A DNA stretch of 64,000 nt from Lytechinus pictus (GCF_037042905.1 NC_087251.1:36644001-36708000), one strand, 5' to 3'; counted from the first letter of the stretch, positions 22,577 through 35,442 are shown. Program-made: numbers and translations. Notes: generated by a model not told the origin, from the letters alone.

Positions 22577-25500
22577 ATGAATGTTCGAAGTATTTTTGGT
22601 AAACTTGATGAAATTAGCTTTCTATTAAAAAAACTAGATCTTGATATCTTATGTATATCCGAAACGTGGTTGAGCAATGCAATAAAAGATGGTATGATTA
22701 ATATCGATAATTACAGTTTATTAAGATTAGATAGAAGTAGTAAACGTGGAGGTGGAGTATGTATGTATATTCGTAGTACTTTATCTTTCTGTCGACGGCA
22801 TGATTTAGAGCATAATTCCCTAGAAGCATTATGGATAGAATTAAAATTAAAACACGAAAGTTTGATTATAAGCTGCTTATATAGACCTCCAAATTCTCAG
22901 TCCGAATTCTTTGATCATTTATTCAATGTCTTAGAATTGACATCAATTGACAATAAGAAATTGTGTATACTTGGTGATATTAATATTGATTATTTTGATA
23001 CCAAATGTAGTGGGAAAAAAAATATTGATGACATGGAGAACCTTTTTCTTCTAACTCAACTGGTAAATAAACCCACAAGGGTAACTCTGACAACATCCAA
23101 ATGTATTGACCATATTTTTTCAACTAATCCTAATGATCATTTAATAACAAATGTTGCACCGATTTCTCTCAGCGACCACTACTTGACTTATACATGTCTT
23201 AATTTTAGAAATCAGTCTACTAGCCATAAAACAGTGCGTTTCAGGAATTATAAAAAATTTGACCAAAAGTTATTTCTTGATGATTTATCCAAAAGTTCAA
23301 TATGCAATGATAATTTTTCGTGCAACGATGACATAAATACCGTATGGAAGAGTTGGAAAAATATTTTCCTTGATATATGTCATAAACATGCTCCCCTTAA
23401 AGGAGAATGAAACTCTTGGAGCAAGTTAGCTTTTGTGAAAGCAGAAAAATCAAAGAATAAGATCAACAAAAGTTTGAGTAAAATAGGACTAGCAATAGAA
23501 GAGTTATGAGCATTTGAATGTCGAGATCACTAATGCTATGGTGATCCTCCCATTGGCAATGCGACCAAGATCTATGATGTCACAGATGAACAACTCTCCC
23601 CTTTTGGACACTGAAAATATACCCCAAAATATCTCGTTTTGCTCATTCTAACCATATGACAAACGATTCATCAATGATATAATGTTGTGAAACCTCTGTA
23701 CTTGTCCTCTCATAAAGAGAACACCTCACCTTGTGATAGACTCTATAAAAGTGAGAATATAAGTGAAATAAGTACTAAAGTAATGAGGGAGTTGTACGTG
23801 TGTGACATCACAGATCTTGGTCGCATTGCCAATGGGAGGATCTACATGGCATTAGTGATCTCAATATTAAAATGCTCATAACTTTCTTATTATTCATTCA
23901 ATCTTCCTCAAACTTTCAACAATATGTTTCTTTGATTTTTCTCTTTGATGTGGATTCAGCTGGTTTCAAGGGTTTCATTCTCCTTTAAAGTTATCAGAGT
24001 TAAAGAACGTTACTCTCCGTGGATAACTGGTGAAATTATTGATCTTATGTACCGGCGTGATTTCTTGAAAAGAAAATATTGTAAATCAAAAGCGGTAGAT
24101 AATCTTCATCATGTTAAAGAATATCGTATTGTAAGAAATCAAATTACTAAATTAATAAGAAAATCTAAACGTCAATACTTTTCCGAGATTTCCACTAAAT
24201 ATAAACATGATCCAAAGAAATTATGGAATGAACTTACTTTGATGACTGGAAATACAAAAAACAAAAATGATGTTCCAGCTGAATTAGACTGTAACACAAT
24301 GAATGATTATTTTATTAATGTAGGCAAAAAATTTAATTACAAAGAAAAGGATATTAATTGGAACCAACCACAGTGTATATATGAATTTGATTTTGAGCAT
24401 GCTAAACCTGATGAAGTGTTAAAACTGCTCTTGAGTCTGTCATCCACAAGTAACCTAGATGTTATGAATTTTGATTCTAAACTTCTACGTTTAGCTGCAC
24501 CTCTTATTTATAATTCACTAAGTCAAATTTTCAATTTAAGTTTATTGTCAGGTATAATCCCAGACGACTGGAAAAAGTCAAGAACAACACCTATATATAA
24601 GGGTAAAGGATCAAAATCAGATAAGTCAAACTATAGACCAATTTCAGTCGTTTGTCATATTTCCAAATTAATTGAAAAAACTGTTCAAAAACAACTTCTC
24701 GCTTATTTACAAAAGTTTGATCTTATCAATATTGATCAGTTTGCTTTCATTCCTAACCACTCAACTGTCACCTCCTTACATAGAGTTATTGACGATTGGT
24801 ATGGGGCATTCAATAAACGTGAAGTTGTCGGGGCATGCTTCCTTGACATTTCTAAATGCTTCGATTCAATCGATCACAAGCTATTACTATTCAAATTAGA
24901 AAAATACGGCATTACTCGTAATTCATTGAAATGGTTTGAATGTTATTTAAGTAACAGAAAGCAAATGGTCTGTTGCCATGGTGAAATGTCATCATATAAA
25001 GATGTAGATATCGGAATTCCGCAAGGGAGTGGGCTTGGCCCGGCTCTTTTTCTCTTAATAATTAATGATATTTCTACTTGTCTCAACAGTGGTGAATGTA
25101 ATATTTTTGCTGATGACGTGGTAATTTATGATTATGGTTCCGATGTCAATGAAGTTACTTTAAAAATGCAAAAGAATATCGACAATGTTAAAAAATGGTA
25201 TGATAAAAACCACTTAAGTATAAACGTCAGTAAGACAAAGGTAATGCTGTTGAGAAATAGGTCTTATTCATGCGATAAGATTAATATTTTTATTGATAAT
25301 AATTTGGTGGAACAGGTGAAATCTATTAGATACCTCGGTGTTGAAATTGATGAAAATTTGAATTGGAGTTCGCACGTTAATCATATATCCAAAACATTAG
25401 CCTACAAGATATTTTCACTCGGTAAACTAAGACAATTTTTGAATAAATCCCACCTTAACACTCTTTATATGACAAATGTTTTGCCAACTTTAGATTATGC

Positions 25501-25939
25501 CATTTCTGTTTGGGGAAATTATATTGGTAAAAGGGAACTAGATCACTTAACACGATTACAAAAAAGAGCAGCACGCTACGTTGCAGGTAATTTTGATTAT
25601 GTTAACAGCCGTGGTGAAGATCTCATGAAGGAACTCAAATGGCCTACTATTGAGCAAAGACGTGATTATTTTTTAGCCAATATTATGTTTAAGTGTATAC
25701 ATGGAATGGCTCCTATCAGATTATGTAATAATATTGAGTTGGTAGTTGATAGGCATGACATAAGAACTAGAAATTGTGATACACTCAATGTTATACCACC
25801 CAAACCGAATTTGGAATGTTTTAAGAGGTCTTTTTTATTTTCAGGATAAAAAATCTGGAATAATTTACCACATTTTCTTCAAAATCTACCTTCAATTAAC
25901 TCCTTTAAGAGAATGTATAAAAAGCTCTTCCAATGTTAA
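22577..25939 (+). pseudogene. LINE ORF2 (APE endonuclease + reverse transcriptase), disrupted by a MITE (23401-23988) and one nonsense codon (25847-25849)
   Basis: APE motifs: NVRS, CISETWL, RGGGV, LYRPP, LGDIN, IDHIF, SDH. RT motifs: NYRPIS, FLDISKCFDSIDH, GIPQGSGLGP, FADD, YLGV. Removing the MITE and one TTAA restores HAPLKVIRVKER in frame. Reading through the TAA at 25847 gives KIWNNLP...SFKRMYKKLFQC* ending at 25939. Confidence 0.95.
23401..23984. mobile_element. Kolobok-like MITE inserted in LINE ORF2 (unedited)
   Basis: TTAA TSD (23397-23400, 23985-23988). TIR AGGAGAATGAAAC / GTTTCATTCTCCT. Inverted arms of ~190 bp. Confidence 0.93.
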
Positions 25940-26368
25940 AGGGGAGTGAAATCTTTGGAATAGGTAGGCTGGTGTCGAGGCGGAGGGGTCGAGGAGGCAG
26001 ATCGGCGAGGGTTTGGGAGGGGTCGGACGGGCGGTGGGAGGGTTGTGGGCGTTTGAATGTTGCGATCACTGATGCTGTGGGGATCCTCCCATTGGCGGTG
26101 CGACGGGGGTGTGTGGTGTCGCATGTTAACAGTTTTCCCTTTAATGGACTGTGAGATGCCGGCCCAGGGGAGAGTTGTTCGCAGGTGGCATCGCACATCT
26201 TTGTTGCGTCGCCGGTGTGGGGGTCTCCGTAGCGTTGGTGATCGCATTGTTCGGGTGCTCGTGGCCTTCTCATTGTTTGTCCGATTTTTCTCGGGCTTTC
26301 GTTGGTCTGTTTCTTTGATTTTTCTGATTTCACACGGGCTATTTTTGTTCTAAGGGTTTCATTCTCCT
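25940..26368. mobile_element. Related Kolobok-like MITE in the LINE 3' UTR, A-to-G hypermutated on the + strand
   Basis: TTAA / CTAA flanks. Ends AGGGGAGTGAAA / TTTCATTCTCCT. Homologous to 23401-23984 (shared GATCCTCCCATTGGC). The two arms differ almost only by G-for-A changes on the + strand. Confidence 0.9.
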
Positions 26369-26859
26369 CTAATACTTATCATATGAAGCATCATTGTGAA
26401 AGGTTGGGTGGTGTTATCAGATAATCTTGCCGTGATTACTTAACTAGTTCGAACTGAATTCCATTTTTTAATGTCATAATATAATTATTGCAGTATTTTA
26501 TTATCATATTTTAGTAGCTATGTAATCAAATTTTTTCAATGTCTTAACATAATTATTTACAGTATTTTTTTATCATATTTTAGTAGCTAAGTTTAAATAT
26601 TTATATGTATTTTGCATCATGATATTATTGTAACTTTATATGTTTTTTATCCCTGTTAAATCAGGACATTGATGTAAAACAGCAATTTAGCTGATCTTTT
26701 TATCCTGAATAAATATTTTCTAATAAATAAATAAATAAATAAGAAAGAAGGAAAAAAGAGGGAAGGGGAGATAAGAAGGGGAAAGAAGAAAAGAGAAAGA
26801 AAAAAAAAAGGGGGAAGAGAAAGAGGGGAAAAAACTAATAAATGGGTGGAAGCACCCAT

Positions 26860-28690
26860 TTGATGTTGACCGGCGTGCCGATTTGATGTTCGAATGATGA
26901 GGAGGGGCCAATTGATGTTCGAACTAGGGGGCGCTGAATTAATGTTCAAACTATATAGAAGGGCGCCATATTGATGTTCAAACTATATAGGGGCGCCAAA
27001 TTGATGGTTGAACTGGAGGGGGGGGGGGGGTGCGCAGAAATGTTGTTCAAACTAGGGGGCGCCGAATTGGTGTTCAAACTAGGGGTGCCAAATTGATGTT
27101 CAAACAAGGGGGGGTGAATTGATGTGATCGAACTAAGGGGGATGCCGAATTGATGTTCGAATTAGGGGGCGCCGAATTAATGTTTGAAGTTAATAGGGCG
27201 GGTGCCACATGAATGTTCAAACTATAGGGGGGCGCCGAATTGATGTTCGAACTAGAGGTGGGGGGCGCTGAATTGATGTTCGAACTATAGGGGCCGCCAA
27301 ACTGATGTTCAAACTAGAGGTGCCAAATTGATGTTCGAACAAGGAGGGCGAAGTGATGTTCGAATTAGGGGGCGCCGAATCGCGAACTATGGGGTGCCAA
27401 ATTGATGTTCAAACTGGGGGGGGGGGCGAATTTATGTTAGATCTAGAAAGCGCCAAATTGATGTTCGAACTAGGGGTTGGGGGCGCCGAATTGATGTTCT
27501 AACAAGGGGGTGCCAAATTGATGTTCAAACTAGGGGCGCCAAATTGATGTTTGAACTAGGAGGGGGCACGAATCAAAGTTCAAACTATGGGGGGCCGAAT
27601 TGATGTTCAAGCTATATAAGGGCGCCAAATTGATGTTCGAACAAGGGGGGTGCGGAAATGATGTTCGAACTAGGGGGGGGGGGCCCTAAATTGATGTTCA
27701 AACTAAAGGGACTCCAAAATAATGTTTGAATTAGGGAGGGGGGCGCTGAATTGATGTTCGAACTACAGGGGCCGCCAAACTGATGTTCAAATTAGGGGCG
27801 CCGAATTGATGTTCGAACAAGGAGGGCGAAGTGATGTTCGAATTAGGGGGCGCCGAATCGCGAACTATGGGGTGCCAAATTGATGTTCAAACTGGGGGGG
27901 GGGGGGCGAATTTATGTTAGATCTAGAAAGCGCCAAATTGATGTTCGAACTAGGGGTTGGGGGCGCCGAATTGATGTTCTAACAAGGGGGTGCCAAATTG
28001 ATGTTCAAATTAGGGGCGCCGAATCGATGTTTGAATTAGGGGGCGCCACATTGATGTTCAAACTAGGGGGGCGCCGAATTGATGTTCGAAGTAGGGGGTG
28101 CCGAATTGATGTTCAAATTAGGGGCGCCGAATCGATGTTTGAATTAGGGGGCGCCACATTGATGTTCAAACTAGGGGGCGCCAAATTGATGTTCAAATTA
28201 GGGGCGCCGAATCGATGTTTGAATTAGGGGGCGCCACATTGATGTTCTAACTAGGGGGGCGCCGAATTGATGTTCGAAATAGGGGGTGCCGAATTAATAT
28301 TTGAACTATAGGGGGGCGCCATATTGATGTTTGAACTAGGGGGGCGCAAAATTTATGTTCGAACTATAGGGGGCGCCGAATCGATGTTCTTCGAACAAGG
28401 GGGCTGCCAAATTGAGTCAAACTAGGGGCGAAAAATTGATGTTTAAATTAGGAGGGGGCGCCGAATTGATATTCGAACTAGGGGGGGGGGGGGCGGCCAG
28501 GCGCCGAATTGATGTTCAAACTAGGGGAGCGCCAATATGATGTTTGACCAGAGGCGACAAATTAATGTTTTTAAGAGGGGGGAGGGCAAAGTCATTTTCA
28601 CATGGGGGCTCCAAATTCATGTTCAACTGAAGGCGCCAAATTGACCTTAAACTAAGGGGGTGCCATGCAAATTCATGTTCGACCGGGGGC
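26860..28690. repeat. ~28-33-bp minisatellite array (consensus AATTGATGTTCGAACTAGGGGGCGCCG)
   Basis: Dozens of head-to-tail units with variable G-run length. An internal block duplication matches ~27260-27530 to ~27740-28010. Confidence 0.95.
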
Positions 28691-28959
28691 CGCGCAACAT
28701 TGCTCATAATGAGATACATGTCCTGCCCAAAAAGATTAAATGCAGATGAATTAAAATCCTGTTTTTATGATAATAGACAAAAACAATGTGCTCGCATTTG
28801 AAGTCTATAGGTATCCTGTTCTGGATCACAAGGACTGATTATTGTATATAACTCAGTTCACCCTACGCTCTCGCAATATTTGATCATTGAGGTGCGTATC
28901 CTCTCCATAGATCCAACGTAAATAAGTCCTTAAAAAGTTAGTTTTTTCAGGTCAATAAA

Positions 28960-31741
28960 CAAAGGCGGATACAGGGGGTAAATTGGATCCCCCCCCCCCC
29001 CACGGCGGTGCAAAAAAGGGAAAGAAACAGAAGAAAAAAAAAAACAATTAGAAATGGAATCAAAGCTTAAAAGAGTCCTTCTTACTGTCAGTATATAAAC
29101 AATTTCTGCTCGCGCTTCGCATTCGCACTTATTTTGATTTTTATTTAATTTTTATTGGGGGTCACATGCACAGTGTGTTTTTTAGTAAAGACGATTTAAA
29201 TGTCATTTTTTTTTAGATCGGAATATTAAAAAACTTTGGCTCGCTCTTCGCGCTTGCCTCATTTATTTTGCGATGATACCCTTCCAAAATCTTTTTGTAA
29301 CCCCAAATTTAACTTAGTGCTCGCACTTCATTAGGTATATCAATCCTGTCAAAAGTGCTCAGAATATCCGCTTTTCAGGTCGTAAAGTTAAAAAATCAGA
29401 TACCCATTTTCTTCATGGTTAACTAGGCCTACGCATAGAAAATCAAAATTTTCTCGCATCATTTGTCTAGTTAGATACCCATTCAACTTTTCTGTTCATA
29501 TTTAAAAGTGCAAAAAAATTTCCAGTTTGATTTCGAAGAATCAAACTTTTTAAGTTTCTCCTACTTTGCGCTCTCGTCAATTAGTGAGATACCTCCTGTT
29601 CGAAGTTACAAAAAGTGCTAAAGATTTGCAGTTTAAAAGTCGGAAAATCAAAAATTTTCAGCTCGCGCTTTGCATGACTTTGCTCAGTTAGATACCTACC
29701 TTTTTAATTATCACGAGAAGTACATTTCCAGTTTTCTAGTCGATGAAATTTTTAATTGTTTAGTGAGATACTTATTCTGTTCGTAGTTACAAAATGTGCT
29801 AATAATTGCCAGTTTTAAAGTTGGAAAATCAAAGATTTTCAGCTCGCGCTCGCATCAGTTGTTTACTTAGATACCTATTCTTTTCAAGGTTACAAAAAGT
29901 GCTTAAAAATTGAAGTTTAAAGTCGGAAAATCATAATTTCTAGGTCACGCTACGCGCTCGCAAATTTCCAGTTTTCTGGTCGTAAAATGAAATTTTAAGC
30001 TCGCGCTTCACCCTTGCCTCAATATTGTTTGGTTAGATATTTGTGTAGATTTTTACAAAAAGATGCTTAAAGTCTACTACACTGCTCTCACTTCGCGCTC
30101 GCATGATATGATTGGTGATATAGATTTATAAATCATTTTCATGAGTCACTGGAAACCGTCGCTTTTCAGATCAGTATATTAAAATTTTCAGCTCGCGCTC
30201 GCAATATCTTCTTCATGAGTCACTGCAAAGTGTTCCTTTTCAGATCAGTGTATTGGGTTTTTTTATCTCGCGCTTCGCGCTTGCATTAATTACTTAGTTA
30301 CATACTTATCTTGTTAATGATTATGAACAACTGTTCAGAATATTAAATCTTATATCACTATACATGAAACATAATTTAAAAAAAATAGGCCATGCTTCGC
30401 GCTCACGTTAGTTTTTATGGCTTATCTTGATATCTTGTGTGTAAATTAAAACAAACCTGGGCCCTGTTGCATAAAAGTTTATGTATTGATTTTTGTCATG
30501 ATTTATGTCACGATTTATGTCATACAGCATAAATCACGCTATAAAATCATGACATAAATCCATTTGAATGACATAAATTTATGTTGTGATTAAAATCAAG
30601 ACATAAGCGGCGGCTTTCCGCAAGAAGTGACTTAAGGGTAATTTCACGATTATTTTTTTTTTATTATGCCCTCTGTAATTTGATGATATTTTGAGTTTTA
30701 CTTGGACTTTCGAAATAATTTTTGTGTCATTGGATAGCGTATGATGTATTCTTTCAATATTTGAAAAACTAACAATCATAAATATTTCCCTTATTTTTAT
30801 AACCAAAACTAGGCCTAAGCTTAATAGTTAATGTGTTTACTTCGTTGAGGATAGGACATTTTCCTTAGAATAATATCCTAATTTAAATATCAACGTCACA
30901 TATTTTACAAGCACCACCCCTCCCTCCCAAAATAATGCTAATAACTCTGACTTTCAGTCTAGAATCGCCCCTTTTGTGCTTAATTCAGATGTGATTAAAC
31001 AAGAAGTTTGCTACACACATTGGCTGATTTCAAGTCCGGCGTTGGCGTTGATGTTGGAAGTTGGATATTCCCCCTAGCTCCAAAACATATTTTGTGTGTT
31101 GGAAATCATGTTACCATGGTAACGGCATACTATATGACAAAAAATGGTAAAACATTTTCAGGTTTAATTACTTCATCAATTTTCAACCAATTCTCATGAA
31201 ATTTGGTTCACACATTAAGTTAGAAGTAAAGGTGTGACAGACACATATTTTGTGTGTGTTGAAAATTGTGTTGCCATGGCTACAACATATTATAGGCCCC
31301 AAATTAGGTAAAAATCTATTGGTTCCAACTACTTGATTAGTTTTCAACCAATTCTCATGAAATTTTGCTCACACATTTGCCTCGAGGTAAAGATGTACAA
31401 GACATATTTTTGCATGTGTCGGAAATCGTGTTGCCATGGTAACATTATACAATATGTCCAAAATTAGGCAAAAATCTTGAGGTTCAAACTACTTCATCAG
31501 CAATTCTCATGACTTGATCACACATACATGTAGGTCTTGGGTAAAGATGGGCAATAAATATATTTTTTCCATGTGTTGGAAACTGTTGCCATGATAACGG
31601 CGTAGGGCAGGGGTATTAATCACCTTCATTGATAGTTCTAGTTTAAGTTACCCCAAAATTTTGCTTGCTCGCAGTTTTTTGAAATTTTGCCCTTTACACC
31701 ATGTCTGCCCTATAAAAATTTAAATTCCTGAAGCCACCCCT
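28960..31741. mobile_element. Degenerate hAT-like element with CTCGCGCTTCGCGCTCGCA-containing repeats and nested insertions
   Basis: Left end AAGGCGGATACAGGGGG and right end TTCCTGAAGCCACCCCT resemble CAGGGGCGGATCCAGG-type ends. Recurrent gctcgcgcttcgcgctcgca motifs at 29100-30410. Confidence 0.45.
30975..31643 (+). mobile_element. Second HINE family (decayed) with ~160-170-bp internal repeats
   Basis: GGCGTT repeat near the 5' end, repeated units (caaccaattctcatgaaa...gttgccatgg), 3' end GGGGTATTAATCACCTTCATTGATAGTTCTAGTT. Confidence 0.65.
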
Positions 31742-31985
31742 TTAAACTAAAAGAAAACTCCTTTGCAGAGAACAATATTTATATCAGTCATCCCCAAACC
31801 ATTAACTCCGATTGACAACTATGCATATATCCCTGTAATAATTTATTCATTATTTTTTTAATTCTATATAATTTCAGTTGTCTATTTTATAAGCCTGTCA
31901 TGGAACCCTCTTGCCTGAGCAGTTTGGGCGAGGCTTACACATTTGGAAGCACAGTGGGGCAATTTCGTCAAGAAAATATTTGACA

Positions 31986-31992
31986 TAAAATA

Positions 31993-32063
<71 letters not shown>

Positions 32064-32068
32064 ATGAA

Positions 32069-32111
<43 letters not shown>

Positions 32112-32113
32112 AC

Positions 32114-32160
<47 letters not shown>

Positions 32161-32163
32161 ATA
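31986..32163. repeat. (TAAA)n microsatellite
   Basis: About 40 near-perfect units. Confidence 0.98.
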
Positions 32164-32854
32164 GGCCTAAATAAAAATGTTCCTCACTTCAGAACAATGG
32201 TCTAATCCGATGGTTTGGTTTATTTTTTTTTGCTAAGAAAAAAATAAAAGAGATACGGTTTTCCTTGCCCAAAACTGGCCAAGATGGGGCGATGGGGGGG
32301 GGGGGCACTTAAAAAAAAATTCCCACTTATTGTCCAAATTTCAAGAGGAGTGCATATGAGGGGCCACTACTCATCACAGCTTTGTGCCTAAATTGGGACA
32401 CATTCATGCCACCTGTATCCCTTGATCCATGCCTCTGTCACCCATCATTTATATTTTTTTCATCTTTAAGCACCTGGCCATTTTCTTTCTATCTCTCATC
32501 AAATGTAACCAACCCCCTCCCCAAAAAATGCTTTATCATATTTTTCCATTTCATTATCTTCCACCCTCCGAGGTTGGCACACTATCATTCTCGAAATTTA
32601 TCTCTTTAATTCTCTATACATCTCTCTACCTCTGTTAATGACTTCTTCACATTTCTACTTTTTTCCTCTCCCTTCTCCCATTCTAATTCACCTCGCCTCT
32701 CTCTCTCTCTTTCTCTCATTATTCCTTATACAGTGTAATTTTTGCATATCTGGATCTTTCAAATTTTGTCATGATATTTCCTTTTCATTTCTCGCCCTTG
32801 CTAATTCAAATCTTCATCTCAATCAATTATTTTTCTAATTTGACAATTCATGGG

Positions 32855-33594
32855 ACAACTATTGGTTTTAACTGGTATCAATTGGTTTGATATTCCAGTA
32901 TGGTTAATGGGTTTTTTAAGTGGGTTATGGGAGGTCTATGGGTTTCAACTGGCATAATCTGTTCCATATTGGTTTATGGGTGTTTACTGGAATCAACTGG
33001 TAGATATATCAGTAAGGCCTATTGGTTTTAGCTGGTATCAATTGGTTTGATATTCCAGTATGGTTAATGGGTTTCAAGTGGATATGGGAGGTCTATGATT
33101 TCAACTGGTAAATTCTGGTCCAGTTTGGTTTATGGGTGTTTACTGGAATCAACTGGTAGATATATCAGTAAGGCCTATTGGTTCTAACTGGTATCAATTG
33201 GTTAAATGATATACCAGTATGGTTAATGGGTTTAAGATGGCATTAACTGGTATATGCACCCATTGAGTTTCTATGGGTTCCAACTGGCATCAAATGGTCC
33301 AGTTTGGCTTATGGGTTTTAAACTGGAATATATTGGTAGATAAACCAGCAAGGCCTATTGGTTTTAACTGGTATTAACTGGTGTACTAATTTATACCAGT
33401 ATAGTTAATTGGTTTCAACTGGAATCAACTTGTATGTTTTCAGCATGTCCAGTTGGGACAATTGGTTTCAACTGGAATATACTGGTATGATGGGAGTTTA
33501 CCAGTTGTGCCAATTGGTTTCAACTGGTCCCAGTTAAATCCAGTTGAAACCAGTTAAAATTTCAACTGGTTTCAACTGTTTTTTTTTACCTGGG
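32855..33594. mobile_element. Right part of an EnSpm/CACTA-like element with AACTGG-rich tandem repeats
   Basis: About three ~160-180-bp units rich in TTTCAACTGG, ending TTTTTTTTTACCTGGG (reverse complement CCCAGGTAAAAA). No left end found. Confidence 0.55.
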
Positions 33595-35189
33595 TTCAGA
33601 GTTTATAAAAAAATAATCCTACAATTTTCTACAAATATTAATTACTATTTCTAGTAGGGAAACGTGTGTTCTGAGGGGCAAATCATATTTTAACCCCACC
33701 CCTCTTCCTCCCGATTCATTGAAAGCAACAAAACAAAGAGATGAAGCAAAAAGAATGACATTTTGTGTAAATTTATTACTTTTAAAATAAATACACACCA
33801 AAATTTGTAAAACAATATAATCTTTTCACCTGTCCCATGTCCTTTAATCATGACTGTATAAACATGATTAAAAGAGGTACATACACATACAAAAATATTT
33901 CTTAATCAGTTGTTAACACTTAATGTATAAAATATAAGAAAAAATTATACTTCATAATTATTTTTTGCTTTTTTAAAGTAGTTTCAACTTGTCTTTTAAT
34001 TTACTTGATTTATTTGGGTTCAATATACATTTAAGAAAATTCACGTACTGCTAGCTTGCTTCAATTGAGTGAATCTAACTTAATTAGGCAAAGATGATTA
34101 TTACTTATAAAATCATGTTGAATGTACTTATATTTTCAATTAACGCCTTATTGAAATAATGCATGAATATTCATTAGAGCAAGTCATTTTTATTTTTACT
34201 GTCATAGGCCTATCTATTTGTGTTTGAAATTGTTTTGGATAAGGGTGTGCATTTTATTCTTTTGTTGAATTAAAGATTGAGCAACATTAAATTTAGCAGA
34301 AAATTTCAGATTTCTTTTTAGGTTTTCGGAAAATGCTTATATTATTCTCATTGTTTTATTTGTAAGAATGAAACGATCGCGTATAAATATCTGTCAGTAC
34401 CTATACATGTACAGGTAAGTGACAATGCACAAAGTCTAATATTTGGATAAAAGATGTCTAAGATGAAAATGATGCCACTAAAAGTGGGACGATGGGGGGA
34501 GCGGACTTTTTAATCACGAAAGTCCACTCCCCCATTTGATTTTTTCAAATATTTTAGTGATTGTTTTACTTAATTGAATTAAGTTATTGTAACTTAATTT
34601 TCTTGAGTAAAAATGGATGCAAAGAAAAAAATGTAAATTTTACTTAAAACTGCCAAACTCATAAATACTGGAAAAAATTTAAGTAATTTTTTGCCACAAT
34701 TTTATACAGTCATTTCAACTATTTTTTTTTACAGTGTCGATTCAAATGAAATATATTATTCATATCCTAAATGAATACAATACCTAAATCAAGTGTACAA
34801 CTACAAACATGACACATAATACATTAAAAAAAAAACATGAATAACTATATCGCATTTGTATGCTTAATAAATATTTCCATTTAAAAGAGAAAGATTTCTG
34901 TAAGATTTCATGAAGAGGAACTCACAGTGATGTAATTTATTCTTATTCTCCTTTTTTCCTCTTCCACCCCTCCTCTTCTATTTCTTCATAATCTTCTTCT
35001 CCTCTTCCTTCTTTGTCGCCTTCTTTTCTACTTATTGTTCCTTTGTATTATGACTTATCATCATTATCATTATAATAATTTTATGATAAAAATCATAAAA
35101 AGGTATCCACAATATCAATATAATGATTATTATCTTTGAAAAATGAAAATGAGTACTTTTGTTAATTTTACAAAGCGTTTAGAGAATAC

Positions 35190-35287
35190 TTAAGTCAGTG
35201 AACAGTCATCATGGTCATATAGTTCCCTTGCCAGGTGCAACCAGGTCCATGGCGTCACGTCTTCAAAAGTCTTGACTCTTGAACAAT
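35190..35287 (-). other. Candidate terminal exon (unverified)
   Basis: Minus-strand acceptor cttcttatttcag. One frame reads CSRVKTFEDVTPWTWLHLARELYDHDDCSLT*. The composition is non-repetitive. Confidence 0.3.
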
Positions 35288-35442
35288 CTGAAATAAGAAG
35301 AATCAGTGCAAACCACGTTAGCAGCTCAACTTGATAATAGCAGAGTGTTCACATTCATGTACAGTATGTATGATTTATGGAAGAGCCTTATGATGTTGCA
35401 ATCACGGGCTTAAATTTAAAAAAAGATAGAATGTGAAATTAA

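Larger units (their letters stand above)
22251..26742 (+). mobile_element. Non-LTR retrotransposon (CR1/L2 group, Crack/Daphne-like), ORF2 region plus 3' UTR and (TAAA)n tail
   Basis: APE and RT coding region, AT-rich 3' UTR, end ...TATCCTGAATAAA...TAATAAATAAATAAATAAATAA. Inserted in a GA-rich tract that continues on both sides. Confidence 0.9.

Noticed and set aside
23397..23988. piggyBac assignment for the TTAA-flanked MITEs
   Set aside because: The termini are AG...CT rather than the CC...GG typical of piggyBac, which fits Kolobok better.
23945..24000. N-terminus MMWIQLVSRVSFSF of the 634-aa RT ORF as a real start
   Set aside because: It derives from the right arm of the inserted MITE. 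The true ORF is continuous with the upstream APE domain.
25905..26353. Overlapping ORFs or a CpG-island promoter in the GC-rich island
   Set aside because: The GC richness and lack of stops are explained by A-to-G hypermutation of a MITE.
25940..26368. APOBEC editing or CpG decay as the cause of the arm asymmetry
   Set aside because: Those processes give C>T/G>A. Comparison with the sister MITE at 23401 shows that A is the ancestral base and G is derived on the + strand.
27880..28227. Gly-rich repeat protein ORF
   Set aside because: It is a translation of the ~30-bp minisatellite.
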